A stretch of 49,183 bases of DNA from Crenarchaeota archaeon 13_1_40CM_3_52_17 (GTDB taxonomy: Archaea > Thermoproteota > Bathyarchaeia > 40CM-2-53-6): positions 1 through 49,183 of the forward strand of contig MNGN01000043.1 of NCBI GenBank assembly GCA_001918745.1, read 5' to 3'. Under the pieces are notes generated by a model. It had not been told where the DNA came from, ran no database searches, and saw only the letters and a list, made by a program, of their open reading frames with translations. This document shows positions 27,932 to 37,629 of this stretch, piece after piece. The translations under genes and the position numbers were made by a program. Numbering within the stretch: the stretch's first letter is position 1; every line of letters begins with the position of its first letter.

Positions 27932-28285
27932 TCATCCCGCGCTTACTCCATTTGGAACCGGGCTTTCCGGGACCGCTAGGACAGGCTTGATTCCATCCTC
28001 ATATCCGATATCCAGTAGCAAACCTTCAGAGACTTCGCCCATCATTTTCTTGGGTTCGAGATTAACTACGAACAGTGCTTGTTTCCCCTCGTTTTCCCTC
28101 AGATTAGCGCGTTCCTGTCTCATCCCCGCCAATATTCTTCTCTTGTGATCTCCAAAATCCACGAGCAGTCTCACCAACCTCTGTGAGGTCGGGACGTTTT
28201 GCACCAGTTCGATTTTCCCAACGCGAATGTCTACCTTCCGCAGAACATCTAGGGAAACGATGGGCTTCACAGGTGCAACTTTCAT
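27932..28285 (-). CDS. tRNA-binding OB-fold protein (CsaA/Trbp111-like)
   Basis: VDIRVGKI, VDFGD, VVNLEPKKMMGEVSEG. Start reassigned to ATG 28285. Confidence 0.85.
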   Translation of the reverse strand: MKVAPVKPIVSLDVLRKVDIRVGKIELVQNVPTSQRLVRLLVDFGDHKRRILAGMRQERANLRENEGKQALFVVNLEPKKMMGEVSEGLLLDIGYEDGIKPVLAVPESPVPNGVSAG

Positions 28286-28447
28286 GGGACGCCAGCCCGA
28301 ATCTGAAATTCGATACTTCTTATGACCTATCAAGAACTAATCTAGTTGCACGATTCCGACCGGATTTTCAAAAAAATCGCAAACCTACGCACTACCGGGG
28401 CCACTGAAAGAAGGAATTGTTGATATCTGGTTCTATCTAGCCTTACA

Positions 28448-29848
28448 TTGATGATTCTAGTGGCTAAGGCTCCGAGCGAGACATTAACGGAACGAAAAGA
28501 CGAGGTTTTTCACGAGATCGATAGCAGTAGTGACAGGTTTGTTGAGAAGCTCAAGACCCTCTGTAGGCAACCAAGCGTATCAGCCCAGAACTTCGGACTC
28601 AACGAAACCGCTGAGTTAGTCAGCAGGCTTCTCAAAGAGACCGGCTTCACGGTAGAAGCATTCTCTCCGAGTAAGGGTCCTCCAGTAGTATTCGGTGAGC
28701 TTGCATCCAGGTCTGGAAGAAAGACGCTTGTTGTCTACAACCATTATGACGTGCAGCCGGTCGAACCTGTTGAGTTGTGGAAGAATCCTCCCTTCTCAGC
28801 AACCGTGGAGGATGGCAGAGTCTATGCTAGAGGAGCGAGCGATAACAAGGGAAACATTGTCTCGCGATTGATGGCGATAAACGCATTCTCGAAGGCAAAA
28901 GGAGACGTTCCATGCAACATCAAGTGGGTTATCGAAGGCGAAGAAGAAATCGGAAGCCCTCACTTCTCTGAGTTCATTACGCGCTACAAGGAAAGGCTAA
29001 CCGGAGATTCGGCCATTTGGGAGTTCGGCGGCCTCGACTACGAGGATCGCCCCCTGGTCACTCTGGGCTTGAAGGGAATGCTCTATGTTGAGCTTAGAGT
29101 TCAGACCGCGCTGAAGGATTCGCATTCAGCTCGCGCGGCGGTTGTCGAGAACCCGGCATGGCGTCTTGTCCGAATGCTAGACACGATCACGGACGAGGAT
29201 GGCAGAATCATGGTAGAAGGCTGGTATGACGACGTCAAACCGTTTACGCCGGAAGAGCTGGAGGTCATACGCGCGATGCCGCTGGAAGAACACAGTATTC
29301 GAGACGAGCTAGGGGTCAAGAACTTCCTGTACGGTCTGACCGGATTCGAGTTCAAGAAAGCGTTCTACGGTAATCCTACGGCGAACATTGCTGGAATATG
29401 GTCAGGATACACTGGCCCGGGACACAAGACTGTTCTTCCATCTGTCGCACAGGCCAAGATGGACTTTCGCCTTGTGCCAAATCAAGACCCGGTAAAGTTG
29501 GCCGGGAAGTTGAGGCAACACTTGGTCCGCCACGGGTTTGCTGATGTGGAAGTGAATCTTCAGGCTGAGAACCCTGCTGCCCGGACGCCTATAGAGGCGC
29601 CGATCGCCAAGATTGCAGCTCGTGCTGGGAGAGAGGTGTTTCGCAAAGAGCCTGTGACACTGGTGACCTCAGCGGCTTCGGGTCCAATGCACTATTTCAC
29701 AAACACACTGGGACTGCCTACTGTGGCGATTGGTTGTAATCATACCAAGAGCAATACTCATGCTCCTAACGAGAACCAGAGGATTGACGTGTTCGTCCAA
29801 GGAAGCAAGTGGATAGCACGAGTCATCGAGGAATTCGCCAAACCATAG
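28448..29848 (+). CDS. M20/M25/M40 metallo-dipeptidase
   Basis: YNHYDVQP, ARGASDNKG, EGEEEIGS, HAPNE. Confidence 0.93.
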   Translation: MMILVAKAPSETLTERKDEVFHEIDSSSDRFVEKLKTLCRQPSVSAQNFGLNETAELVSRLLKETGFTVEAFSPSKGPPVVFGELASRSGRKTLVVYNHYDVQPVEPVELWKNPPFSATVEDGRVYARGASDNKGNIVSRLMAINAFSKAKGDVPCNIKWVIEGEEEIGSPHFSEFITRYKERLTGDSAIWEFGGLDYEDRPLVTLGLKGMLYVELRVQTALKDSHSARAAVVENPAWRLVRMLDTITDEDGRIMVEGWYDDVKPFTPEELEVIRAMPLEEHSIRDELGVKNFLYGLTGFEFKKAFYGNPTANIAGIWSGYTGPGHKTVLPSVAQAKMDFRLVPNQDPVKLAGKLRQHLVRHGFADVEVNLQAENPAARTPIEAPIAKIAARAGREVFRKEPVTLVTSAASGPMHYFTNTLGLPTVAIGCNHTKSNTHAPNENQRIDVFVQGSKWIARVIEEFAKP

Positions 29849-29914
29849 AAAATCGCCGGTTCCCTATTTGAAAAATGCATGGGCGAGTTTGGAAGAGCAA
29901 AGGGAATAGCTGGA

Positions 29915-30375
29915 ATGAGACCCGTCGACACGATCGTTCGCCATTCAACCAAGTCGGATCTGCCGAATATAGAAGGACATTATGGCCTATTAGACAACGC
30001 AGGAGACCCTTTCTGCGACGTAACTAGGATTCAGGAGGTTCGATTTGACTGGCTTGTCATAGCCGAGGTTGCTGGGGAATACGCGGGCTTCCTTTACTGG
30101 CACCTAGGAGAGAAGCCGTTCTTCGCTCCCAGCATTGGAAAGTTTGCCCACATCAGGGAAGTCCAAGTCGTAGAAAAATTCCAACAACGGGGAATAGGGA
30201 GGAAACTGATCGTCTATGCCCTGGAGAGGCTGAAAGCCTTGGGGACCCGGGACATCTTTCTTGCAACAGCAGAGACCAATGATGCAGCAAGACATCTGTA
30301 CGAAAACTTGGGTTCATGCAGTTCCGGAAGCAGATACAATACACTCTTAGAATCGATGATCACCGAAAACGATGA
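29915..30375 (+). CDS. GNAT acetyltransferase with an apparent 1-nt deletion near the C-terminus
   Basis: FQQRGIGR and NDAARHLYENLG motifs. An extra G at 30310-30312 would give the expected LGF...MQFRKQIQYTLRIDDHRKR*. Confidence 0.75.
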
Positions 30376-30516
30376 CGTGTAGCTGCCACCCTTTCTCCGA
30401 TGCTCCCGTATGCTACCATCGAACCATCCTCGCTCGCCTCGTTTAACCAGGATAGTTCCTGACCTGTTTTTCAGAATCCAGGGCCCAATCATGTCATCCA
30501 GCCTCTGTGAGGGTGC

Positions 30517-31068
30517 CTAGTTGCCGAAGGCTGTGATCATGTGAATGATCGCGGCGAGGAACAACAATCCAGTTATCAACAAGTGCGAAGGTTTCCAGTA
30601 GCCGAAGATCTTCTTCATCGCAGGCAATCTCTTGTAGATGTAACGTCCGAAGACTCCACTGGCAGCAGAAGCGACCAGCAACCATGTGGTCAAGCCGGCA
30701 AGGCCATGGTCAAGTAGGTCGTGCGAGTTGAACCGATAAGGGAAGCCGGCGTGGACGAGGACCGCGATGAGCCCAATGAAGCTCAACGCGATGTGTATCG
30801 ACAGCCAAGGTCGAACGCCTCCAACCGTCTTGATGAAGCCGATCCATGCACTTCTCTTGACGATGGTGTAGAACTGGGCGGCAACGAGGAGGAGAGAGCC
30901 AGTGTATGCTAGCGCTAGCCCAACTTGTGATCCGCCTTTTAGACCATCGAACGAGTCGCCTATCGCCCGTCGGTATTCTAAGAGGACGACGATGACGATG
31001 AAGCTGATTACGAGGAAGATGGGTGTGGTGTATGTGGTCAGGGAGGTTTTTCGTTTGGTCAGGATCAC
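30517..31068 (-). CDS. Membrane protein with four TM histidines (di-heme cytochrome b/ferric-reductase-like)
   Basis: WLSIH...VLVHAG, SGVFGRYIY and WKPSH...IIHM. Confidence 0.65.
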   Translation of the reverse strand: MILTKRKTSLTTYTTPIFLVISFIVIVVLLEYRRAIGDSFDGLKGGSQVGLALAYTGSLLLVAAQFYTIVKRSAWIGFIKTVGGVRPWLSIHIALSFIGLIAVLVHAGFPYRFNSHDLLDHGLAGLTTWLLVASAASGVFGRYIYKRLPAMKKIFGYWKPSHLLITGLLFLAAIIHMITAFGN

Positions 31069-31337
31069 GCTTTCTTCTGCTCCTGAAGAGATTTCAGCCG
31101 ATTCCGGTTGCGTGTGGCTACGGCACGGCCGATAACGTCTCTCAGCCCGAAGCCGGTGATGAACGCGGACCCGCCGACTACTCCAAGAGTGACAAGCGTC
31201 CGGGCGTTCAGAGAACGGAAACCGCCCTCATTGCCTCCGCGAGTATTGCCACCTCCCAGAGAGAACAGGCCATAGGTAGCAATTACGATAATAGCCAGGA
31301 CAATGATTGTAGTAACCACATTTTTTCTAATCGACAT
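31065..31337 (-). CDS. Small 2-TM protein translationally coupled to the downstream gene
   Basis: Two hydrophobic helices and a 4-nt GTGA overlap. Confidence 0.6.
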   Translation of the reverse strand: MSIRKNVVTTIIVLAIIVIATYGLFSLGGGNTRGGNEGGFRSLNARTLVTLGVVGGSAFITGFGLRDVIGRAVATRNRNRLKSLQEQKKA

Positions 31338-31507
31338 GAGGTAGTTCTGCCAGGAGACCTAGGAAGGGTTCACAGTTCTGGTGGGACATGAAATGACTGT
31401 CACACAATCCTAGGATACAGAGTTACAACGCTCGGGCTGGGTCCTCTTCCTGACGAGGCAAGCCTTTTTTTTTGTGGACAAATCCTAACCATGCAGGGTT
31501 AGGAAGA

Positions 31508-32011
31508 TTGGAGGTCAGGCTTCTCCGGCACAGAGACTACTCCAGTGTTCGAGAAATTTACAAAGCCGTGAGTAATGAATATCTGCGATATCAAAGAAAG
31601 AGATCAGGGAAAGTATACGACCCGGTTAGACCGGATCTTAACACTTCCCAACTAGACTTCTATGTTGCGACTCATTGTAGCTTCGCTGCGATTGAGAACG
31701 AGAAACTGCGCGGTGTTCTACTTGCTCAGCCACTTAGGTGGTTCAGTGACTGGGACAAGGTGCTTTGGCTTGAGTACATCGCTGTTCACGCTGCACACAG
31801 GCGAAGAGGAATTGGCCTAGCTCTAATTTCAGCGGCCAAGGATTTCGCCAGAAAACATCGTATCAAAGGATTGTTTACCACTCTGAATATAGACAATGAA
31901 GAATCAAAGAGTCTCCTCCTCAAGGCAGAATTCGATGTGAAAGACTCGAGAATCGCCTCGTACTCACCGGAAAGCTTGCCAAGAGCGTCGCCATTAGCGA
32001 GTGTTTACTAG
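31508..32011 (+). CDS. GNAT acetyltransferase
   Basis: IAVHAAHRRRGIG and NIDNEES motifs. Start reassigned to TTG 31508. Confidence 0.8.
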   Translation: MEVRLLRHRDYSSVREIYKAVSNEYLRYQRKRSGKVYDPVRPDLNTSQLDFYVATHCSFAAIENEKLRGVLLAQPLRWFSDWDKVLWLEYIAVHAAHRRRGIGLALISAAKDFARKHRIKGLFTTLNIDNEESKSLLLKAEFDVKDSRIASYSPESLPRASPLASVY

Positions 32012-32102
32012 GATTGGTTTCGACTCCACGAGTCTTTGTAGCGAGTCCCCTTCCAAACATGGGAGGTCGCATCGCTATTTCAGTTGCTCATTTGAATCGT
32101 CC

Positions 32103-32504
32103 TCAGTGGCCCCAGTTAAGGGGGGCTTGCTGCCTTCCTGTTTGTAGGACCCAGTAGTCGTTCAGTTCCTTGCATAGCCCGTTCTTTGCAAAGTGCAGTA
32201 TGATGCAGCCAGCGAGGGTCACGTCTTCCACTTTCTCTCTCATCGTAGTCCAGTACTCAACAGCGACTCTAGCGCCTTCTACGACTGGCTTTCCAAAACG
32301 AACCTCATACACTTGTTCAACATCCAACGCCCCAAGTGTATAGTCCATGATACTCTTCCTGCCAAGGGTTACCGGCCGGAATGGATGAGAGTGATAGACC
32401 GCGTCCTCCGTGAAGAGTGTCGCAATCGCTTTAGCATCCTTCTTCAACCATGCTTTCGTGTAGTTACGAATCCACCTGTTAACAATCAGTCTGGTGGTGG
32501 GCAT
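32103..32504 (-). CDS. NTF2/SnoaL-like protein
   Basis: YTKAW..KD...IATLFTEDAVY...PF, GLCKELNDYW. Confidence 0.85.
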   Translation of the reverse strand: MPTTRLIVNRWIRNYTKAWLKKDAKAIATLFTEDAVYHSHPFRPVTLGRKSIMDYTLGALDVEQVYEVRFGKPVVEGARVAVEYWTTMREKVEDVTLAGCIILHFAKNGLCKELNDYWVLQTGRQQAPLNWGH

Positions 32505-32642
32505 CCTCCGATCATCTAAGTCAACTGTTCGCTTTCACTGGAAATAAGGCCTTGTCAGCCCTGATACCCGGTGTACGATGTGTCTTGCACGAACTGTCGT
32601 CAGTTTATTATTCGATACTCCCACCGCCTAATGCTCTGGCCG

Positions 32643-33644
32643 TTGATCAATCTCACACTTCTCAAGTCTAACGGAGATATGGCAGCGGAGACTTTGAAGG
32701 GGTTTCCCGGGGAGGTGAGGCAGGGCGAGCTGCTCTGGGTTGATGCTGAGAGCCCGACAGAGCAGGAGTTGGCCGATCTAAAGCAACGGTTTGGGCTCGA
32801 CGATTACGCGGTTGAAGATGTGGTCCATAAGAATCAGAGGCCGAAACTTGAGGAATATGGAAAGAGTGTCTTCGCGGTCATCCACGTCCCTGTTGTAAAG
32901 AGTCGGAAGAGCGAGATAGTCGAACTCTTCGTTTTCTTCCAGAAGAACTGGATCATAACTATTCACTCCGTTGAATCGGAACTGATCCATGCAGTAGACT
33001 CGCGGATAAAGACAAGAGGTCTCTCTCCCCTCGCAACATCTCCCTCGCCTGACCTCTTGTTCTATGTCTTTCTGGATTTTGCGGTTGACGCGTACTATCC
33101 TATCCTTGACGAAGTGGAGAATCGGCTTGAAGAACTCGACAAACAAGCAGCCACGACCTTCAAGACACGGGTAAAGAGGATGGAGAACGTCATCACGATC
33201 ATAACAACTATTGAAGCCGTACGAAAACGATTGATGACGCTAAGACACTCTCTCACCCCGACGAGAGATATGCTCGGAATGGTAATGCGTGGAGCAGTGC
33301 CCTTCGTTGCCGACTCAAGTCTCAGAAGCTTCAGAGACGTCTATGACCACTCCTTCCAGCTATTGGAAACGATCGACAACGATAGAGACAGGACAAGCGA
33401 TGTCCGCGACCTGTACATCAGTCTCCACTCAGCCTCGACAGACAATACTATCAAGATGCTCACCCTTGTCGCAACAATATTTCTCCCACTAACTCTTCTT
33501 GCAGGAATCTACGGAATGAACTTCAGCCCAGGCTTCTTCCAGCCTGGGTCCAGCGACCCACTGGGATTCTACGTCCTCATCCTAGCAATGTTCCTCATAT
33601 CGCTGGGATTTGTCTACTACTTCAAGAGAAGCGGCTGGATCTAA
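32643..33644 (+). CDS. corA: CorA Mg2+/Co2+ transporter
   Basis: QRPKLEEY, FRDVYDH and the GIYGMNF signature. Start uncertain (32571-32679). Confidence 0.93.
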   Translation: MINLTLLKSNGDMAAETLKGFPGEVRQGELLWVDAESPTEQELADLKQRFGLDDYAVEDVVHKNQRPKLEEYGKSVFAVIHVPVVKSRKSEIVELFVFFQKNWIITIHSVESELIHAVDSRIKTRGLSPLATSPSPDLLFYVFLDFAVDAYYPILDEVENRLEELDKQAATTFKTRVKRMENVITIITTIEAVRKRLMTLRHSLTPTRDMLGMVMRGAVPFVADSSLRSFRDVYDHSFQLLETIDNDRDRTSDVRDLYISLHSASTDNTIKMLTLVATIFLPLTLLAGIYGMNFSPGFFQPGSSDPLGFYVLILAMFLISLGFVYYFKRSGWI

Positions 33645-33685
33645 GATCGTTCGCAACGAACTACTGTGGCCTACTGAATATTCCA

Positions 33686-34138
33686 TCACAGTCTTTGGTG
33701 TCGAGACCGTGGGGCCGGCTTGGTACCTCCACGTGCAGCCACATGTTGCCCAAGGTTCCGTTTGATCTTTGCGATGGGATCGGCCCCGTGGATCCACGCC
33801 GCCTTTACCAACTCTTTGAGACCTGAGTTTCTCGTTTCCTCTAGGGTTTTGATCTTGACATGACGTGCTCGTTTGCCGCTGCCTTGAAGCAGGTGACGTT
33901 GGTCGTCGAGTTGCGCCCCGAACAAGAATCCAAGCGTGACATACTTCTCCAGCGGCGAGATGTAGCAGACACGCTTGAGTGGCGAATCGTCAAGTGAGTA
34001 GTTGATGGCGTCATAGTATAGGAACTCGTGCGCTCTAGGCATAGTGTGTCTTGCCATCTTGCGTAGCTCCACGCTGATCCGCCGTATTTCCTCGGGATAG
34101 TTCGACAGAAACTCTTCTACAACATCGGCCAAAGACAA
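33686..34138 (-). CDS. DUF1801 domain protein
   Basis: YVTLGFLFGAQLDD..LLQGSGKRARHVKI. Confidence 0.8.
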   Translation of the reverse strand: MSLADVVEEFLSNYPEEIRRISVELRKMARHTMPRAHEFLYYDAINYSLDDSPLKRVCYISPLEKYVTLGFLFGAQLDDQRHLLQGSGKRARHVKIKTLEETRNSGLKELVKAAWIHGADPIAKIKRNLGQHVAARGGTKPAPRSRHQRL

Positions 34139-34201
34139 TCAACCCCTACCTGCCGATGTATGGAAATCGATGTGGCTTGTGATGGATCGAGATCTGGAGA
34201 T

Positions 34202-35110
34202 TCAGATTCCTTTCCAGCAAGCTTTCTTGTTCTTGTCATACCAAGAGTTCACGTACTCGCCGCCGGTTATTCGGTTACAGACGAATTTCGCGTCACAATA
34301 GTCGCAGAGCTCAAGGGTTCCTATGACCCATCCTGTTCCTGGATTCATGTCAGTCTTCAGCTCCACCATCTCCTCCGACAATCCTTGCGTCAGAGTATCC
34401 AGGGCATGGTTGGTGCACTGGTTACAGCCTTTGCTACAAGGATATGGCTCAACCGTGTAGAATGGACCGTTGGACCCGTTCGCGGTGTTGTGATAATCGC
34501 AGAAGACAGCGCATGAAGCCTCAGCAGGTGAGAAGGACACTGTGACTCCTGGTGGCAGGAATATGTTGTATGCTCCTTTTGTCCCCAGGTTGGGAATGCT
34601 GCCTGATGCGATCCAGCTGGCAAGTGTCTGCCTGATTTGGCCGTCGGTTATTTTCGTGGCCGGAGCTGTCTTGATTGTGACGGGATGGTTAAGCTTCCCG
34701 ATTCCAACATCGTATTGGGAAAGCCCTACAGAGTATGTCTTGTCCGACTCTATGTCTATGACAGCTCTCTCAATATCACGCACCCAGGTCGAAGCGGCAG
34801 AGCCCGCGAAGTACGAGCCCCAGAATATGTTCTGCCAGGTGTAACCGTTCCTCCATAGTGGACCGCCACCATATTTCACATTGGCAGACCTAGGGCGCAG
34901 CTCGTTGCGATGGCGGCATGGGTTGGCGTAGTGCCAGATTCCCGATTCGTGTCCAGCAGCCGCCCTAACGCCGATGTGTTCGAACCCAGAGATCGAGTTA
35001 CCACATACGATGCAAGATACAATATTGCTGCACGACTCACATCTATCCTTCAGACTCGTGTTCGAAAAACCGCTGAAGAGATCTGAATCCTTTCCTTGGA
35101 CCCTTGACAT
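34202..35110 (-). CDS. Cys-rich protein: N-terminal Zn-binding-like segment plus Phi-1/EXORDIUM-like domain
   Basis: CxxC...CxxC...H/H/H/C, followed by YGGGP, NIFWG, FCDYH, SEEMVELKTD, GW and ELCDYC. Confidence 0.55.
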   Translation of the reverse strand: MSRVQGKDSDLFSGFSNTSLKDRCESCSNIVSCIVCGNSISGFEHIGVRAAAGHESGIWHYANPCRHRNELRPRSANVKYGGGPLWRNGYTWQNIFWGSYFAGSAASTWVRDIERAVIDIESDKTYSVGLSQYDVGIGKLNHPVTIKTAPATKITDGQIRQTLASWIASGSIPNLGTKGAYNIFLPPGVTVSFSPAEASCAVFCDYHNTANGSNGPFYTVEPYPCSKGCNQCTNHALDTLTQGLSEEMVELKTDMNPGTGWVIGTLELCDYCDAKFVCNRITGGEYVNSWYDKNKKACWKGI

Positions 35111-35199
35111 ATGACGTTCCGCACCTTCTTCGCCAATCCCAATCTAAATGGTGATGTTCCTCAGTATCCATCTCTATGGTATAGCGCGACCTTCCTGTG

Positions 35200-35508
35200 T
35201 CAGCCTTTCCAGATGCCTAAGGCGAGGCCCACTAGAAAGGCAGCGGAAGTAACTGGAAGTATGTTTGCGAATGTCGAGGCCCGGCTGGCCACTTCTGGTG
35301 CTTGCGAAAAGACCCTGTAGATAGTTGCCCTCGAAGACTCGCTCAGCTGGAGGTTGATGTAACCTGTTGCGACGAGGAGACCGACGAGAGAAACGATAGC
35401 GAGTCCGAGCTTCACCGTCTTCTTGAGCACGAGACCTACGAGGAAACCTATCGCGAGCACGACGAGCGCAGGGACGATCGCTCCCGACCCAACATCGAAT
35501 AAGGCCAC
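35200..35508 (-). CDS. FUN14-family membrane protein
   Basis: GFLVGLVLKKTVKL, GYIN and FLVGLALGIWKG. Confidence 0.7.
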   Translation of the reverse strand: MALFDVGSGAIVPALVVLAIGFLVGLVLKKTVKLGLAIVSLVGLLVATGYINLQLSESSRATIYRVFSQAPEVASRASTFANILPVTSAAFLVGLALGIWKG

Positions 35509-35551
35509 CAGGAACCCTGCCCCTACAATTAGCGGATAAGGACCTCTTAAC

Positions 35552-36517
35552 CTAAGCTAGTTGAAGCATGCGTTCGATGGCAAGGCGCGCCCTTCGAGCC
35601 GTTTCATCTGGAACTCTGATCTCGTGGACCATGTTTCTCAGGGAGTTAGCGACCTTCTCCAGGGTTATAGTTTTCATGTATTGGCAAACAGCATCCTCCT
35701 TGACCGGTAAGAAAGTCTTGTCAGGGTTCTCCTTCCTCATCCGATGAAGAATACCCGTCTCAGTTGCTACCAAGAACTTGTCAGCACTCGACTCTCTGGC
35801 ACGACGAACCATACCCTCCGTTGAGGCAACATGCGTCATCGGCAAATTGAAATCACCCTTCTCAGCAAAATACAGAAACTGCGTAACGCAACCACACTCG
35901 GGGTGGATTAAGAATTCCGCATCAGAATTCTCAGCAAGCTTCCGATTCACAACATCCGGCGTTATCCCCGCATGAACGTGGCATTCCCCGGGCCAGATCT
36001 CCATCTCCCGTCCCGTCCTCTCCTTCACAAACGCACCCAAGAAAAGATCAGGAAGAAACAAGATCTCTCGATCCCGAGGAATACTATTCACAACCTTCAC
36101 CGCGTTACCGGAAGTGCAGACATAATCGCTCTCAGCCTTAACCTCAGCAGTCGTGTTAATGTACGAAACAACAACGGCGTTCGGATGTTCGCTCTTCCAA
36201 TTGCGTAACTTCTCCCCATCAATCGTCGCCGCCAACGAACAGCCAGCACCAAGATCCGGCAACAACACCGTTTTCTTCGGCGAGATTATCGAGGCCGTCT
36301 CTGCCATGAAATGAACCCCGCAAAAGACAATCACGTCCGAAGGAGTTCTAGCTGCAGCCTGCGAGAGGCCTAGCGAATCACCTACAAAATCCGCGATATC
36401 CTGGACCTCTGGAACCTGGTAGTTGTGGGCTAGAATGATCGCGTTTCTCTCCTGCTTCAAACGCAGAATCTCTGCTACCAGTTTCCCGTGTCCGTTGAAC
36501 TGGAGCATCTGAGCCAC
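35552..36517 (-). CDS. nadA: Quinolinate synthase
   Basis: LAHNYQ, FCGVHFMAE, AGCSLA, CHVH, HPEC and CQYMK (three Fe-S Cys). Confidence 0.96.
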   Translation of the reverse strand: MAQMLQFNGHGKLVAEILRLKQERNAIILAHNYQVPEVQDIADFVGDSLGLSQAAARTPSDVIVFCGVHFMAETASIISPKKTVLLPDLGAGCSLAATIDGEKLRNWKSEHPNAVVVSYINTTAEVKAESDYVCTSGNAVKVVNSIPRDREILFLPDLFLGAFVKERTGREMEIWPGECHVHAGITPDVVNRKLAENSDAEFLIHPECGCVTQFLYFAEKGDFNLPMTHVASTEGMVRRARESSADKFLVATETGILHRMRKENPDKTFLPVKEDAVCQYMKTITLEKVANSLRNMVHEIRVPDETARRARLAIERMLQLA

Positions 36518-36523
36518 AGAAAA

Positions 36524-36751
36524 TCAATCTAGAGATAGGCAAATTCCCGTGTTAAACATTACCCCGAGTAGGAGCCTAAGTAGGAGGGGAGAGCTAGGTG
36601 GCAATTTCTTCTCTCGGCCCTTGCCCGCTCTCTCGAGTTCATGTTTTGCCTGACCCAAAGACTTAGCCAGCTCCGGGATCTTCTGAGGGCCCCACATCAA
36701 CAGGACAAGGATCACCGCCCCAATCATGACGACCTCCCAAGGATCAATCAA
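36524..36751 (-). CDS. tatA: TatA/E-like protein, C-terminus possibly degenerate
   Basis: DPWEVVMI...LLMWGPQKIPELAKSLGQA (TM plus amphipathic helix). Confidence 0.65.
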   Translation of the reverse strand: MIDPWEVVMIGAVILVLLMWGPQKIPELAKSLGQAKHELERAGKGREKKLPPSSPLLLRLLLGVMFNTGICLSLD

Positions 36752-37000
36752 AGGCCATCAGAGCCGGGGCACATCATCAAGCATATTATGCTTCTAGGTC
36801 AATACTCTCGAAAGAGAACGATGTAGTCGAGCTAGTTCGTAGAACCCTACCGATCATAACCCCGAGACGCGGTTCTCGTCCGAGGCTTCTATGGTCACCA
36901 AAATCTACGAGATCTAAAAACAGGACCATGACGATGTCCAAGAAGCATCCTAGCACTGGAGACCCTGTATCTGAGTTGTCCCGTTGAAGCCGGGATGTTT

Positions 37001-37432
37001 CTACATCATTGGAGATTGGAGCCTTGCGATCGCGGAGGAGACCTGGTCAACATACTCTTTCAATCTGGCAAGCATACTGCTTGCGGTAATGACACCGATA
37101 ACCCTCTTGTCCTTCAGGACTAGAACTCTGCGGATCCCTTTCCGCGCCATCAGCTCCGCAATCTGATCTAGCCCCACGTTCGCGTCCACGGATACCAGAT
37201 CGCTCGTCATGATATCACTTAGTTTCATGTGTGAAGGATCCTTTCCCTCAGCCACTATCTTGGAGAGGTAGTCCCACTCGGTCACTATCCCCTCTGGGCT
37301 GCCGGTGGAAGATGCGATTATCGCGAAGCCGTGTCTCTTCGCTTTCATTTGTCGGGCAGCCTCCAGAGCAGTCGTATCCCGCGGTAGAGAGAGAAACTCC
37401 TTCTCAACCACGTCCTTTGCAACCAAGACCAT
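37001..37432 (-). CDS. CBS domain pair protein
   Basis: GIVTEWD, DIMTSDLVSV, GIRRVLV...GVIT. Confidence 0.9.
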   Translation of the reverse strand: MVLVAKDVVEKEFLSLPRDTTALEAARQMKAKRHGFAIIASSTGSPEGIVTEWDYLSKIVAEGKDPSHMKLSDIMTSDLVSVDANVGLDQIAELMARKGIRRVLVLKDKRVIGVITASSMLARLKEYVDQVSSAIARLQSPMM

Positions 37433-37446
37433 AGGTAGGATCTGAG

Positions 37447-37629
37447 AGAGCTCGAATAATTAATAGGGTTCTGTTAACTCTTCGTCTGATGAGTTAGCTT
37501 CGGGGCATCGACTCGGGGGATTACCGTAGGCGTCGGGTTCCTCTTCATTGCTTCATCTGCTCCGCCTTGCGCCTCAGTTATGGGAGGCCGGGAACGTGCG
37601 AACCTCACCCGTCCCCGCCGGGCCAGGTT
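37447..37629 (-). ncRNA. Putative omegaRNA-like RNA copy 2 with flank-derived guide CTATTAATTATTCGAGCTCT
   Basis: Stems CGGGGACG/CGTTCCCG, GCCTC/GAGGC, CGGAGCA/TGCCCCG and GCTAACTC/GAGTTAAC. Ends in CAGAACC like copy 1. Confidence 0.6.

Noticed and set aside
31465-31473. T9 run as a terminator
   Set aside because: No plus-strand gene is credible immediately upstream. It sits in a divergent promoter region.
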